Shown here: positions 26,269 to 40,121 of the stretch, in pieces
Layout of the letters: the number at the start of each line of letters is the position of its first letter
How positions within the stretch are numbered: the stretch's first letter is position 1
DNA from: Kudoa neothunni
Taxonomy: Eukaryota; Animalia; Cnidaria
Direction: 5' to 3'
Assembly: GCA_964304625.1 (NCBI GenBank)
Contig: OZ199838.1
Coordinates: 9,389,245 to 9,453,244, forward strand
Length of the DNA: 64,000 bases
Made by a program: the position numbers and the translations under genes
Notes under the pieces: generated by a model
Told to the model about the DNA's origin: nothing
The model's database searches: none
Seen by the model: only the letters and a program-made list of their open reading frames with translations

Positions 26269-27962
26269 CCTTCCGAGCGTTTCAAAATCGACTATACATT
26301 TAGTGCCTTTGGGGTCTATTAGACCCCACTTTTTTATTTAATATTATGAATTTAAATAATTTTAAAAAATTCTATCGACAAAATCGCACAATATTGGCAA
26401 AAAACATGACTGGCGAAGTTTTACGATACCGCCGAATAATGTCAATAACTATATATTCTTGTAAAATAAATTTTTACGAATATTATTTAACAAGAACTTT
26501 CAGATATACTGAAAATAATGTGTTATAAATTATCTCATATAATTAATTAGATTAAAACTTTATGCCACAGCAAAATAGTTATCAACAAAATGGACTAAAA
26601 AGATCTCCAATGTTCAACTTAAACATACAAATCAATGTAAAAGTTAAAATTTGCATTCTGCGACCTTCCCTATTATTATCTGTGAGTTTAGGGGAACGGT
26701 AATATCGTTATTTATATCAGATCTACAATAAAATTGATGCTTTGCCTTTAATTAACAATTTATCATGTAATCCAGACATTTATTTGTGACCAATGAACTG
26801 TTAAAACAAGCACGTTCGGAATGTTCTTCACAGCAATGTTTCTTACACACAACACGAACACATTGTCTTCCGATCACTGCTTCTTGGGCTTACAACACAT
26901 TGTTTACGGGATTTTTCGGAACAATATCGGTGCTATTTGGATTTCCTGCTCTTGATTTAGTTAGAAATTTAGCGCCAAGGAACGGAACGTGCCAGCAAGA
27001 TTCTCTAAAAATTAAGCTCTTTTGATTTTTCCACTATTGAATATGATTTTGTATACGCAAAACGCGTTTAAGAGATTTATGTCGATATTATAAAAAATAA
27101 CTGCTCACCAGCGTATGGAATATTTTTTTAAGCCTGTGGAGGTCAAGATCCGATCAATCGTGAAAATAGCTCATCTAATTTTGTTATAATAACTGGTGTT
27201 ACTTGGCTTCTTTTCTCCATCATCCAGTATATTTGTATAAGCTGTGGAATTGGCTTAAATTAACAAATCCTTATTATTTTAATGATTTAAGAGGGCAGAA
27301 TTTTCTTTTCATTATACGTGGAACATTCCCCTTATTAGCTCCAAGTGTTCTAACCATGGTAAGAACCATTTACAATAGCTGAAAGCTCTTTGCAACAATG
27401 ATTATAAGATTATAATAATGAAAGTCAAACATATTGGCATTACACGCAACATTTCTGTAAAGATTGCCAACCAAAAAATCCGTTATATGAAAGATTCTCT
27501 GAGCTGCAACATTCGTAAGATCAGGGACTTTACTACAAAAGTTTTCTTTTAGTATTTTGGAGGTTTTTAAAACTTCTGTAGCCCAGATAAGGTTATTTTC
27601 ATCATATTCACTTAAGTTGGAATTATAATCGGTGAAATATATTTCGTTTAAGATCTCAATGAAGACAAATTTCCGTAATATGCGCGGTTCGCGTATAGTT
27701 GTATTAACTCGCTGTCAAGTATATCTAATTTTTCTCTTTATTTTGTCGATACATTTTGTTAATATTCTCAATTCCATTTTATTATAATTTTATCCATAAA
27801 ATTATACAATAACGATAGTTCAAAACTTATTTTTAAGGCATACAGTGTAAGAAATTTTGTAAGAATAGATCGAGTTCTAAAACATTTAGAAGATTGGAAG
27901 GGGGTAAAAACTAACCTTTAATATGACTTATGGTCTAATAGACCCCAAAAACACTTGGAAAG
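26269..27962 (-). mobile_element. Decayed piggyBac element
   Basis: TTAA on both sides; ends CCTTCCGAGCGTTT / (rc) CTTTCCAAGTGTTT; palindrome GGGGTCTATTAGACCCC near both ends; minus-strand Cys-rich remnant RKQCVVSPRSSDRKTMCSCC. Confidence 0.88.
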
Positions 27963-28308
27963 TTAAATATAAGTGTATATTGCAATATATTATATGCTAG
28001 AAACACAGGGAATCGGTTTGGGCGAAATAATAAAATGTATAGGCGAGTTATTATCTTAAATTTTTTATTTTGCAATTATATTAGCCAAGCCATTTATTAT
28101 AAAGAATTTATTTCATTATCTGAGTTAAAATCTTATGTGATTTTTTTCACAGATTTTAATCATAATTATATTTAAAAATTGCAATCATAAACTCAAGTGT
28201 ATATCCAAATAGATAACCCTGTAATGAATAAATGAAAATGCGATTATAGACTTTTTCGATACGTAATATGTGCAAAATACTACACCATTCTAATAACAAA
28301 TTTACACA

Positions 28309-31300
28309 TTAATTTAATTTTTTAACAAAATAATTATTTGACAAGGTGGTAAAATAGTTTTTGATGCGATAAAAAATTTTAATTGGATTCTCATATTCGT
28401 TATGAATGTAGGCATTTTCAAACGGATACTCCAAGTAGTAGAAGATAGGATGCCATAGTTTTGCCTTCCTTCGATTGAAATTGATTGCGGATGCTAACGT
28501 GTGGTAGTAGTGAAATATTCTTGTGGCAATATACACCGCGCACACTACATCAATTGAATAGTGTTCATGGCCAGCCAGTATGAAAAATAGAGCAAACCCC
28601 CACATAACACAAGCTGAATTATGTAACATGTATATTCTTGATGAGGAATCTACATATAGAAAAGAAATGTGGATATAATTTGTGATTTGTATCTATAGTT
28701 TGTTACATTCAGTGATAAACATCAGCAGTACAGTAATATATGAGCTGTGCCCACTGAACATATAATCACCACAGGTACGGAGGCCATTCAAACTCAATCC
28801 CCCACCCTTCATTATTTCCCATGCACGTTTAAGTATATTCATAAAACCAGTGTAATCCTTAAAAAAATAAGCAAGCAGATACCCAATCAAATCATTTACA
28901 TCCGGCCTGCAATCCAAATGTTTGCCTGGTACGCTGAGTGTGGTGACCGTGAGGGTGACACTTCTCATACCAAATATGGTTCCACAAATAGCAAAGAATC
29001 GTTTTAGCACAATCAGCCGATGCTTATGAAAGAGTACTACCATAAAAAATTGGAACATCATCACCATTATGAGTATTTCGCAGGCTTCAAAAGCCCACGT
29101 TATCAATGGAAGAATATCAAGAATTATATCAGGTAGAGGAGGATATTGAGTCATATCTGGAACCCGGTTGTGAGAAAATGCCATGGTTAAGCATGACAAA
29201 AAACACCCGCACAAATAATACAAAAAGCTAATGAAACATTTCCATACTTCACTAGAGTTGTCGGCATTATCATTCTAAATAAGTAATAGATATTAAAATT
29301 ATGTATCAATAATTATTAGCTTATGGGAATTAAATGTCGATAATATATATCAATCTTGATCTTTTTAACCTTAACTAATTTATTTAAGTATACATTATTG
29401 AAGCGAAAGTTAAATAGTATGTTTTGACTATTCATTTATTTTTATTGATGTTAAATAAAACAAGTTAATAAACTATTACACATTTTATTTTACAGGTGAT
29501 AACTTAAATTCTCAATAAAACATAACACGACTTCTATTATTCTATGATTTTAATCTAAAATCATTTTCAATGATTAAAAAGCTTACATATATCAATTATT
29601 ATTATAAAATATTAAAATCAAAATCTATTATTTAATTATTGATTAAAATATCATCAAAACGCGCACCAAAAATTCATTATTATTCCAAAAATTCTAATTA
29701 TCCAGTGCTAAATTAACTTCTAATGGAGCTGCTAATATTTATTCTTATTACAACCAACTACCTCCCAATGTTGAGTAATAAGTAATATGTGACATACTTC
29801 TCATGTATTTCTGTAAATATAATTTGCCCCCTCCTATGCACACCTGTCTAATACCTCATAAACTATAAATCACCAACGTTATTATTAAATACTTAACAGA
29901 ATTTAACCGATCATTACAATCTTTCATTGCTATTATGGTTCATTAGTAATTAATTGATTAAATTGAACGAAAATATATAATCTACTTATATGTATATCAC
30001 CGTAGTCATAAATTTATCATTATCTTAAAGTATTTCGTTTCTTGTCTGAAAAATCCTTTCTCCACCTCTAATTTTTAAACGACTGCACATTAAAAATCAA
30101 CCCTACTAATACCTCATTTTGTATTAAAAATTAAAATAATTTGCATACTTTTAAGTATTAAAATTATTTTATCCCTTTATATAAAGTTGATAAAAAACTA
30201 TATCGTAATAAAAATTAATGATTTATCTTATCAATAGATGATATAATTATTTTACATTAATATATATACTTTAAGGAAAGATTACAACAATTCATAATAA
30301 TAATCGTATCTATATTTTCATAGTTATGTACGATAACGCGTTTACCCTGGATTTATCTGTTCTACTTCATGCAAAGCAGAGCATAATGCCGACTGCCAAT
30401 CCGTGTTCCATGTAAAAAGCGTCATTTGTCGTTTATTATATTAATTTAAAATACAGAAGGCAACCGATATTACGTACTTTCATCGATACGACGTATTCAG
30501 AGTTTATATTGGGTGAAACGTTTTATAATATTTTTATGATTGTAATAAGAAAAAAGCCTTAAAAATGTTTTTGAATTAAATTAGGAAATTATCAATCTCT
30601 ATGTCACGCGACTAACTGATAATACGCACTTTTTTCAGCCAAACCACGTAGATTAAATTGTTTTTATTGGAAACGAGGAAAAATTTTTAATTCTGACGGT
30701 TGAATTATTGGGGGAATAGAATAAGTTTTTTAAGATATCTATCAAAAAATGATCATTTCCATGAAAATGAAAATAGAATAAATTTAATTTCAGGAAATTG
30801 TTGGTTACCAATTAAAGAATGTCATAGATGCACATAAATAAAGATTTTAGGGTAAAAATATAAAGAAAATTTTTTCATATTGCATTAAAAAATAAATAAG
30901 AAATAAAATAGTACTTATAATTTTTAGGAACTGACCATTCACTAAATTTTACCCCAATGTAAAAGGATATAAATATTATATCAATAAATATGATTAAAAC
31001 AAATTGTAATAATATTTTTTTGTTATTCTAATTGAATAATTTGAGCAATATCCATGCCGAAAAATAAAGAAAACAAACAAAATTACATGCGCATGCATAT
31101 TGGGTGCATATTATCGGTTGCCTACTGTAATTGTGTTTAAAAAAATATTTCATATATAATAACATCATTTTAATGCGAAGCGGATCATCAAAGAATCCGA
31201 CGTCTGCAAAAAAAATATTCAGGCGTCTCAAATTTTAAACATCTATTATTATATACTTTAATTCTGTCTAATTATTAAAGAAAAAAATTCATATAACTAG

Positions 31301-32276
31301 CATCTAATTTAAAACGCCCAAATTTTCTCTAGCCAAAGAATATAAGTAACGATAAATAACGGAATCAAATAAACTATTTTAATATATAGTATACTGTGAA
31401 ATCCAAGAAGGAAACATCGGAAGATTGTTCGAACAAATTCTCTGATTAATGCGACTCGTGCGTTTAAAAAATTGGTTCAATCTTATTTCGTTAATACCAA
31501 ATCCAGACAATTTTAGCTTATAATGTTACTAACACCAGTTTGTCATACACATGACAACCATCTCACCCAACAATATTTAACCGAAAAAATATTGATATTT
31601 TTATCATAACGATGAGCAGCGCTCGTTCAAAAGTATTACCTTGTAACCTCTTTCAATCATTGTTCGTTCGGCCGGTAGCCGGGAACTACCAAACGTTTTA
31701 CCAACAGAATTTTTCCGTGGAAGGATTCTAGTTATGGTGCCTGGAGTATCTTTGTTACGAATCTGACCGTTGCCGAAATAATCATCGTCACTATTGCTAC
31801 AAAAACTTGAATCACTCTCATAGTATTGTTGTCCGATCGTGCAACTCTCCATCTATAGGTAGATTTATGGTAGAAATGAGATATTGAATGAGATGGTTCT
31901 GTAAACTATGACGAAAAATCACTTGATTAAAGAACTCATTATTTGATGATTCCTTCAGCGATCGTTCATTATCCCTCATCATCAACGATTTCACCACGGA
32001 ACAATTTCGAGAATGACAGTTTTTATGATGAAGCAAATTCAACATTCGAATCTTGTACATAAAATGTTTTATTTGTTTTAAGGAAAATTTTCCATCAGAC
32101 AAATCTTTCAGATCTTCCGTTGTTAGCGATAGTAGAGTAAGTCCATCTATGGAGTCATCATTTTTCAATAATTGTTCAGCAGCATCGTTTAGACCTTGCT
32201 GATTTAACCAATTAACAACATCTAAACAATTCCACTCGAGAACACAATTTTGGGAATTTTCTTCAAAATTGTACAT
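28309..32276 (-). CDS. SAMD8: Sphingomyelin synthase-related protein (SAM domain + SMS); introns 31853-31922, 29275-31639, 28858-28899, 28650-28706
   Basis: SAM domain (WNCLDVVNWL..IDGLTLLSLTTEDL), HNRVPD..YPPLPDI, TTLSVPGKH.DC, CGDYMFSGH, HEHYSIDV..A.YI; all junctions in phase. Confidence 0.93.
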
Positions 32277-33382
32277 GTCGTGTGTTTATGTAGGTTCGCT
32301 CGGGTTAATTGAGGGCGTGGCGTTTAATGTTAAGTGCATGCGCTCGATTGGTAGTTCTGTATAATGTTTGGTGGTAGTCTCAGCCTCAGCTCTTTTTTCT
32401 AGATAATTCAATCGCAAAAGAATATTAATCTAATTGTTATCCCTATTTTCTCATTTTCGTTGTCTGAGATAACATATAGGCGATGGTTTATTCTTATTTT
32501 CTAATAATAGGAGCCTATTGGTGAATGTGTTGAACTTCAAACTTCACAACAAATTCTTATATGAAATACTCCTGGGAACAGACATGATTAGTAGAATAAT
32601 ATAGATCCTGTGTTCACTCCCTAGGGATAAAATTTGAATTTATTGTGTTTGAATTGTTTGGGTCGTAGAAGTGTTTGATGATATTGTCTAGTTTATTACA
32701 CCTAACAAGGTTGTTTAAAATAATATCTTTTAATGAATTATCACTGATTTCAACAGGTAACACATCTTTTTCACTTTCTAGAATCTTCACGTAAATTTAT
32801 TGAAAACGTTAAGTTTCTTCGAAACTCAGTAGAATCTTTTTCAAATATCATTTATTAGAATACATTATTTTGAAATAACATTAAATTCTAAATGTCTATA
32901 ATGAGAGGATGATTCGTTTCTCATACGTTTGGCGGACTCAATATTATGCGTGCGCGCGGAAAATTAATTTGGAATTATTTTTAACTGTAAATAAAATTAC
33001 ATAACGAGTATTTTCTGCTTCTACTTAATTTTTTTAGACAGTGGCTATTTTTAGGATAACTGGTATCTATTTAATTTATTCTTATATTTTTTTTTCGACT
33101 TCAAAATTGTATCAACATATTTTCCACCCACATGATATCTTATTTTTATTCTAAAATTTTATATCGTAGTTTGGGTGTTAAGCCATTTAAGTTTTCAATA
33201 ATAGATATCTTCCAATTTTTAAGTAATAAAAGTATTTAATGAGAAAAATTGGTTTAGGAATAAGAATTTTTCAACAATAATAGAATCAAATTAATAATAC
33301 AATTTAAATGTGTATTGGTGGATAAATACAATATTAGGTTTTCCTCAAAATTAATGGCTATAATATTCGCTTTTATACCTTA

Positions 33383-34099
33383 CTAGCGCAAAAGCCCCGC
33401 TTCGCATGGGCTTCCTTGCCTGGTCACGCAGACTAAAGCCTTTTGAGTAGGCCATGGTCATTTGAAGTTCAAAATAAATTCAGAGTATTTAGATAAATAG
33501 TACAAAGATTACCCAATTAACTGATGATTTATTTAACTCATTTGGCGCACGAACCTTATTTAATAGTTTTTAAAAACGAATAAACACTACTGAGCGTTTG
33601 AATTTCTCATATAGAGCTCCTAAAATATCGATTTTCTCCTTGTTGTTTGCAGTAATCTCTAAATCATACCATATGAATAGGACTAATCCTGTTAAACATC
33701 AACAAATGAATTCCGCATTAATGCTTGGCTACATAAACTAATATTACCTTTCTCATTTGAACTAATTCAATTACCAAGTTACTTTTCAATAATTTTGAAG
33801 TAAAATAAAAACTATGGTACATTTAAAATTAACTTTTTATAACTTTAACGAAATGACCTATATGTCAGCATAAATCCTAAAAATCATACCACTCATATCA
33901 CGTGAAAATATTTTTAGTCATTGCAGGATACAAACCTTTTATAATTTTGTACATATTTTTCTGTGTTAAAATAAAATTTTATCTTTCTATATGTGTGCTC
34001 AAATGGGAGCATATGTCTCTCTATCAAGAAAGAAAAATGCGTACACACTGATACTGACACACACACACGGATTACCGGTTTACTTTATATATATATAGA
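33383..34099 (-). mobile_element. Non-autonomous Helitron
   Basis: Minus strand A|TCTATATATATA...(GT)n ... hairpin GCCCATGCGAAGCGGGGC ... CTAG|T; inserted at an AT dinucleotide with no TSD. Confidence 0.85.
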
Positions 34100-34299
34100 T
34101 TAGCGCGAAATGCCCAGCGTTGTTTTGTTTGGGGAGATTTCGCTTAGAGACGTTTTTTAATAGCATTCAAAAACTATATTGAAATTTGGAATAAACTCAT
34201 AGAAACAAAATAACTAAAAATTTGTTAACAACATACTTTAACGATTTAGATTAGGGAAATTTAAATTATGATCATTTCTGTGAAGGAAAGTATCAATAC

Positions 34300-36465
34300 C
34301 GGCGTTTATTTAGAAATTTTGTGGCTCGGTACCAACGCTAAATAATTTATTGTCAGTGTCGTATTTTTTGTTGCATTCCCGAATTATTTAAATTCCGTTT
34401 AAATGTTATCCTAAACGTTATTTTTTGGCCCGACACCGAAAGTTTGTGCAGCACTGTTTGCGGGAGACAAATAAATAGACAAAAATTAATGTTTATTACT
34501 TAAATTAATATCTCTTGGCATGGCAAGAGCTTAACGCATTTTTTCTCGTAAATGACCACATATCGCATCGATTTCAACATAAACAATTTAAATAATTTGG
34601 TGAAATAAAAGTACAACCATCTGCATTGAATTTAATCACGGTAAGTTAAACTTATCGGGCGATTTCAATGAAATCTACAAACATGGTGCTTGTATTATAA
34701 AGCTTCAATCTGTCTGATTATAGAATTTCTTACCAAATCGTTATTAATGATGCAAACCTAGACTTTTTCTCATATTTTAAGCCATTAATTGAACTTTAAA
34801 ACATACTTATCAAGTCATATACGTTAAAACTCCCGACAAAGTCTGTTTATATCGCTTAATTTAAAATTGATAAAGCATATAAGGAGGAAAGTTAACTTCA
34901 ACCAACCATCAGCAGGTAGTATGCAGGTGTTAATCCTATTGTTGAACTCAAGTAATCCGTTAAACAAACTTGGAACCGACAAAATCACCATTTTCTAAAC
35001 ATTTTTGGGGATATTTGGTAGTATGAAAATGATTTAAAGGTTTTTTTGAAACATTGTGATTTTTTAAAAAAGTTCGTAAATGTCTCTCTATAAGGAAAAA
35101 AATAAACGCGCATGCGTTCTTCGACACACGGACATTTCAACTTTGTATATATAACAGGTAGTACATTATTCAAAAAATCTATAAACCCAACCTTTGGATA
35201 TTCACATTATGAAAGCGTTTATGATCATTTAAAATAAAATAACATCGATATTATAATATATTATAGTCTTGAAGTCGGCGGATCTTAAAATCCGCGAACG
35301 AATTTTTAACTCGATTCGAAAGAGGCATTGAAATACTTTACGCTTATACAATTCAGAAAATTATATTTTATAGTGTAGGCCATTTTTATACGAAGTAGAA
35401 AACCCTCATATTATCAATTACCTCAAAAGGTGATTTTGTAATAAGCACAAAATTGTGTTTAAAAGCAAACAGCTGCTCATCAACGGTCAAACTCTCGTGG
35501 GGGTAATAAAGTTCGGAACGACAATATTTCCAAACCTTAAAAATATCACAAATGGGGAAGAACTTATCCATGATTCTTCATGCTTCTTTGGTTTTGAATT
35601 ATTCATAATGAATGGTCCTCAAAATTTGATTAAACCTATTTAATGGCGTAATCTTTCGAAAAATATCCCTTCGCTTACCAACACTCCAAAACAATTTGAA
35701 TCATTCTAATTAAGATTAAAAATTGGAACACAATTATGGATTCCAACATTGGTTAATAAATCTTGTTTTGAAAAGTCTTCAAATAATTCTGATAATCAAA
35801 ATTGGTAAACGTGTTAATGTTTCAAATAACAGTTGAGAAAATAGATTCACCATAAAATATGAGGAATGGCGAGCTAAGAAGGTGATTCTGATTGAAACAT
35901 AAGAGATTGAATCTGAATACTTTGAAAACTATTTCGTTTAAAGCTTTTAGTCATTTGAAGTTTCTGAGAAAACCAATTAACATCATCCTTTTCTTAGTAA
36001 AAGGTTCAATATTGTTTATTATCTACAGAAACATTAGAATGACATAAGTATCTAAATTATCAAAATATATCCTAAAATTCATCCAAAATATTACGCTCAG
36101 AGCCATTTATGACATCGTTTTACTCGTCGGTAATGATTAATATTTAACATATGTATGATTTTTTTCAATTTCTCTGTTTCCTCTCAACAAAATTTTATTT
36201 AATTCTCAAAATTGTTGTAAATTATTTTTCTTTGTTGTTTGGAAAAAAACGTGGGGCCCATTGGGCTCCAAAAGAAGGAATGTGTAGGGATTATGATTAT
36301 TTCGTTACTTGAATACATAAATTTAAATTTTCTGTTATAATTTAATAGAACTCATATTTTTATGAGAATAGATGCGATCTTAAATCAAATGATGTAATAT
36401 AAGGTTCCCTAAAATTGATTCAAGCATCCATTGTGATCCAATGGACCCCAAAGACGCTCAGACGG
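34300..36465 (-). mobile_element. Decayed piggyBac element (left boundary approximate)
   Basis: DKFFPICDIF...YYPHESLTVDEQLFAFK (35386-35571); terminus CGG|TTAA at 36465; subterminal palindromes near 36254 and 36435. Confidence 0.8.
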
Positions 36466-36486
36466 TTAAAGATGTTCTCTTTAGAT

Positions 36487-37372
36487 CAGCGTTTCCCGAT
36501 TCATTTTAATTTCCACGCCCCCTATCACTTACGAGGACAGTTCCTGACTCCCTCTCAAAAAAAGCTTTAAAAATGGATTGATTTTTTGCCGGAAAAAATA
36601 TTTCCAATAGAATTAAATGTTTTAACTTTGTTGTTTTTGGGCAATAATTATGTCAAAACAAGACTCTTTATTAACGTAAGATATGTATAAATCATTATTT
36701 GTGAAGGAACAAATATATTATTTTCGTCCAAACTATATGTGAATAATTGCGCTCGGGCGGGATATTACTTTTTGTAATCATTTATTTTAATTATCAATTT
36801 AAAAATCAAATGAGGAAAATAAACATGTAACTCATTCTAGAATGTAAGGTTTTAGTTTATATAATTTTTTATTGCTAATGTATTCTAATTTGAAGTACAA
36901 AAATTTAGAATAATTCAACAAAAAAAAAACCTAATCTTGAATACTAATTAAAGTGAAATTCTTATTTGTCTTATAGTTTACATACCAATATAAAACACGA
37001 TTATTAAGAATTCAACCGATTTTAAAACATTTTAATTTTATCTTTTCCATTAAAAAGTAAATATAATTTAATTAAATAATTAATCTATAAATGAAAAAAA
37101 ATCAATTAACATTATTTCATATACTAATAACAAGACAATAATAGATTGGAAAAAAGTTAATTTCTAGTAAGGTTCATCCAATGACTATTTGTTTGTCAGA
37201 CTTATTTCAGTTTCGATTGCGCACGAATCGCACATAATGTTGTCGAGCGTGATTCTGGTTATTCTGATTCAGTACATTAAGTATAAAAAATGCTTGGCCA
37301 TGGAATTTTTACACTGCCTCATGGCGTGAGTCTCGGACCCCAGTAACTGTCTCCCACATTGGGGAAGTCCTG
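36487..37372. mobile_element. hAT-type MITE family B, copy 1
   Basis: Exact 8-bp TSD CTTTAGAT; ends CAGCGTTTCCC / GGGAAGTCCTG; colinear with 59404-60339. Confidence 0.9.
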
Positions 37373-38302
37373 CTTTAGATAAATAAGTCCTATCTTGGAT
37401 GAAGCGATGTATTCCGGAATATCTAAGACCAATTTTTACTCTGCTCATTCCTCAAATGGACAAAATAATTTTTTAACGTTTTTAAATTTAAAAATTTCCA
37501 TATCAGGACAAATCCTAATATTTGGACACAATAAATATTTTAATTTTACTTGAAATTGTCGTAAAAAAGACGATACTTTGAAAACTTTTTGTACTTAATT
37601 TGTTCAGCGACGAGTTAATTGGGAAGATAAGATAATCTTTCATGGATTTATGAAGTTCTTCTAAGATAATTTAGCCCACTTCCAGGTGAAGCTGGTGGTT
37701 TCCGGATATTATTTTATATTTTGATTGCTCATAACAATGTTGTCAAAAGGGAAATATTATAAAGAAATTATTAGTTCAATTAGTTCGTCGATGGGTTAAT
37801 CAAAACGATTAATAGATCATCGTAGTCCAACGAATTTTTTCTGTGTAGAATAAGCCCACTTTCGGAAATAGCCGGGTTTTCACCCAAGTATTGAATAAAT
37901 ATGATTATTCTCTTTAGGATATTGATACCTAAAATCACTTAATCATCAAGTAATTTCCAATTTTTCTTATATATATTCTCTGCTTGAATTACATTCAATA
38001 ATGATGACTTGGCGGTAGCGTGTAATGACGCTTAAATTGCAAATCCTATAAAATCTTCTAGATGGAATTTCTATTATAAGATGTTAACAGAACTATAAAA
38101 ATACGGTTTTTGTTTCAGATTAGTAGATGTTAAAGATTAACGATATTTTTCTCACATAATATACTGAGATATTCATTGTTCCTAAAACGATACGCCAAGC
38201 CTGAGTGATTTAATATAATAGATATGTAAGTAGAAAATCCAAAGTTCAGTATTTTGTAACTTCGACCAAAATTATGGTGAGAATTAACAAGATTAATAAG
38301 GT

Positions 38303-38480
38303 ATGACTTACCAGGCAGGAGATCACAAAATTAAGTACAACCTAATCGGATCATTCCACCTCAAATTAACATGGGCGTTGCACTGATGCCTATACGAACC
38401 ATTATATTATTAAAAGAATATAATATTATAAGCCGAATATCTCGTAACATAATGGTTCAAGAACTCTCCGAATTGATGCT
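38303..38480 (+). ncRNA. Divergent U1 snRNA-like locus (variant or retrocopy)
   Basis: ACTTACCAGGCAGG at 38306 (13/14 match to the metazoan U1 5' end), GATCAC, stem ATGGGCG/TGCCTAT closing loop TTGCACTGA, 10-bp stem 38396-38405/38449-38458, GGAGA/TCTCC closing helix; Sm site imperfect. Confidence 0.4.
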
Positions 38481-38797
38481 GTTAATTATTATTCATACAA
38501 ACATTAACAAGATAGGAGATTAATGATACATATTATTTGATTAGTTTTTAATTAGTGAGTTGGAAAAATTTATTAGTTTATTATTTGAATTCACATATTT
38601 GAGGAGTAAATGAGATTTTTTATATCCGTCTTATATAAGATTAGCAGCCAAATTAATGTTTATCTACAGCGGATACGAGTGAACGCGAATTTGTGGACGA
38701 CTGCTTCATTGTTGTCGACTAGGTTTGTTTAGAGCTATTACATTGCACTAGGTAAATTTTCCTTTTTTATTTAGATTAAACTCAATAAAACTCAAAA

Positions 38798-39309
38798 ATG
38801 ACAACCGACCAAGACGATGTGGCTAAGGATGCGTTTTCCTATTACGATTCCAACTGTGATGGAAAACTTGCGTTCAAAGAGCTTAATAACGCATGTAAAG
38901 CAATGGAACGTGTTTTTTCGGAAAAAGAATTAAAAACCGCAGTAATGTCAATAAATAAAACAGGTTAGAATTTGTTTTACCGTCAATCGGTAGCAATTTT
39001 TTATGTTTATATGTGTTGCGTTTAGAAGACGACACTTTCTCTTTTGAGGATATGTTGAGTGTGCTTACGTTGTTGAAAAATGATCTCAAGTCTCTCGAGG
39101 ATAACATCAAACAAGCTTTCAGAATATTTGACAAAAATGGATCCGGTATTATCACCGCATCCGATCTCCGTCATGCATTAACTACTGTGGGAGATAAGCT
39201 GACTGATGCCGAAGCTTCTGAAATGATTGCTGAGGCTGATGTCAATAATGATGGTAGAATTATGTACGACGATTTTGTGAACTCGATTATCAACCAAAAT
39301 AAAATATAA
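38798..39309 (+). CDS. Calmodulin-like EF-hand protein; intron 38964-39025
   Basis: [62 protein letters not shown]; EF-hand 2 degenerate. Confidence 0.9.
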
Positions 39310-40121
39310 TCCCACAACTTTTATTCAGAATAAAGACAATATTTGATTATAATTGGTTTTATCGTTTGAATCGTTATTTTTTATTCTATCTATTACCCCC
39401 GATTTTCTGTAGTTGGTGTATAGTTTTTTTGACGTGCTATCAAAGTAGAGGTGCCAGGATATTAATTAAGAAGCATCAATTTTGCGTGGATGGCGTAGTC
39501 ATCGTTTGAATAAATACAATAGAACAGTGGCTCTTAGAGGGGGTTACAGTGAAAATTAACACTTAATCGTAGCTTGAGAAATCGGTATAGATAGTGTCTT
39601 ATGAAGTCAGTGAATCTTAGCTGATAGCTAGGGATGACAGCACTTGGTTTTTATTTAGTTAGCGACGCATTAACGTACCTGGGGGAAGATTGTTCTGCTT
39701 TGCTGTTAACCCGTGTTTCTTCTATTCAATTAATTATTTTTAAGGCCTTACAATGAATCGATGGTTCGAAAAGATAAGTACGACGGCATCATCTAAAGAA
39801 GGCACAGAAATGGATGAATTTTCAAGAGAACGATTTGCAAGCACTGATTCAAAAAACACGGAATATGTTTCAATTTACTGTGTTTTAAATTATTTTATTT
39901 ATTATAATATACCTTTGGTATTTTCTGTTCCAGTTGTGTTAAGTGTGTTACAAATAAAATATTTTTGTTGAATAAACCTTAATGAGTTAATCTAGATAAG
40001 GATTCCGTTATTGCAAAATAAGTTTGAGAACCATTTATCTAGATTCTCGATTATACGCCAAAAATCGGAAAATTTCGACTCATTATTAATGTTCCAAATA
40101 TTTAGGTACTGTTTTACTTAA

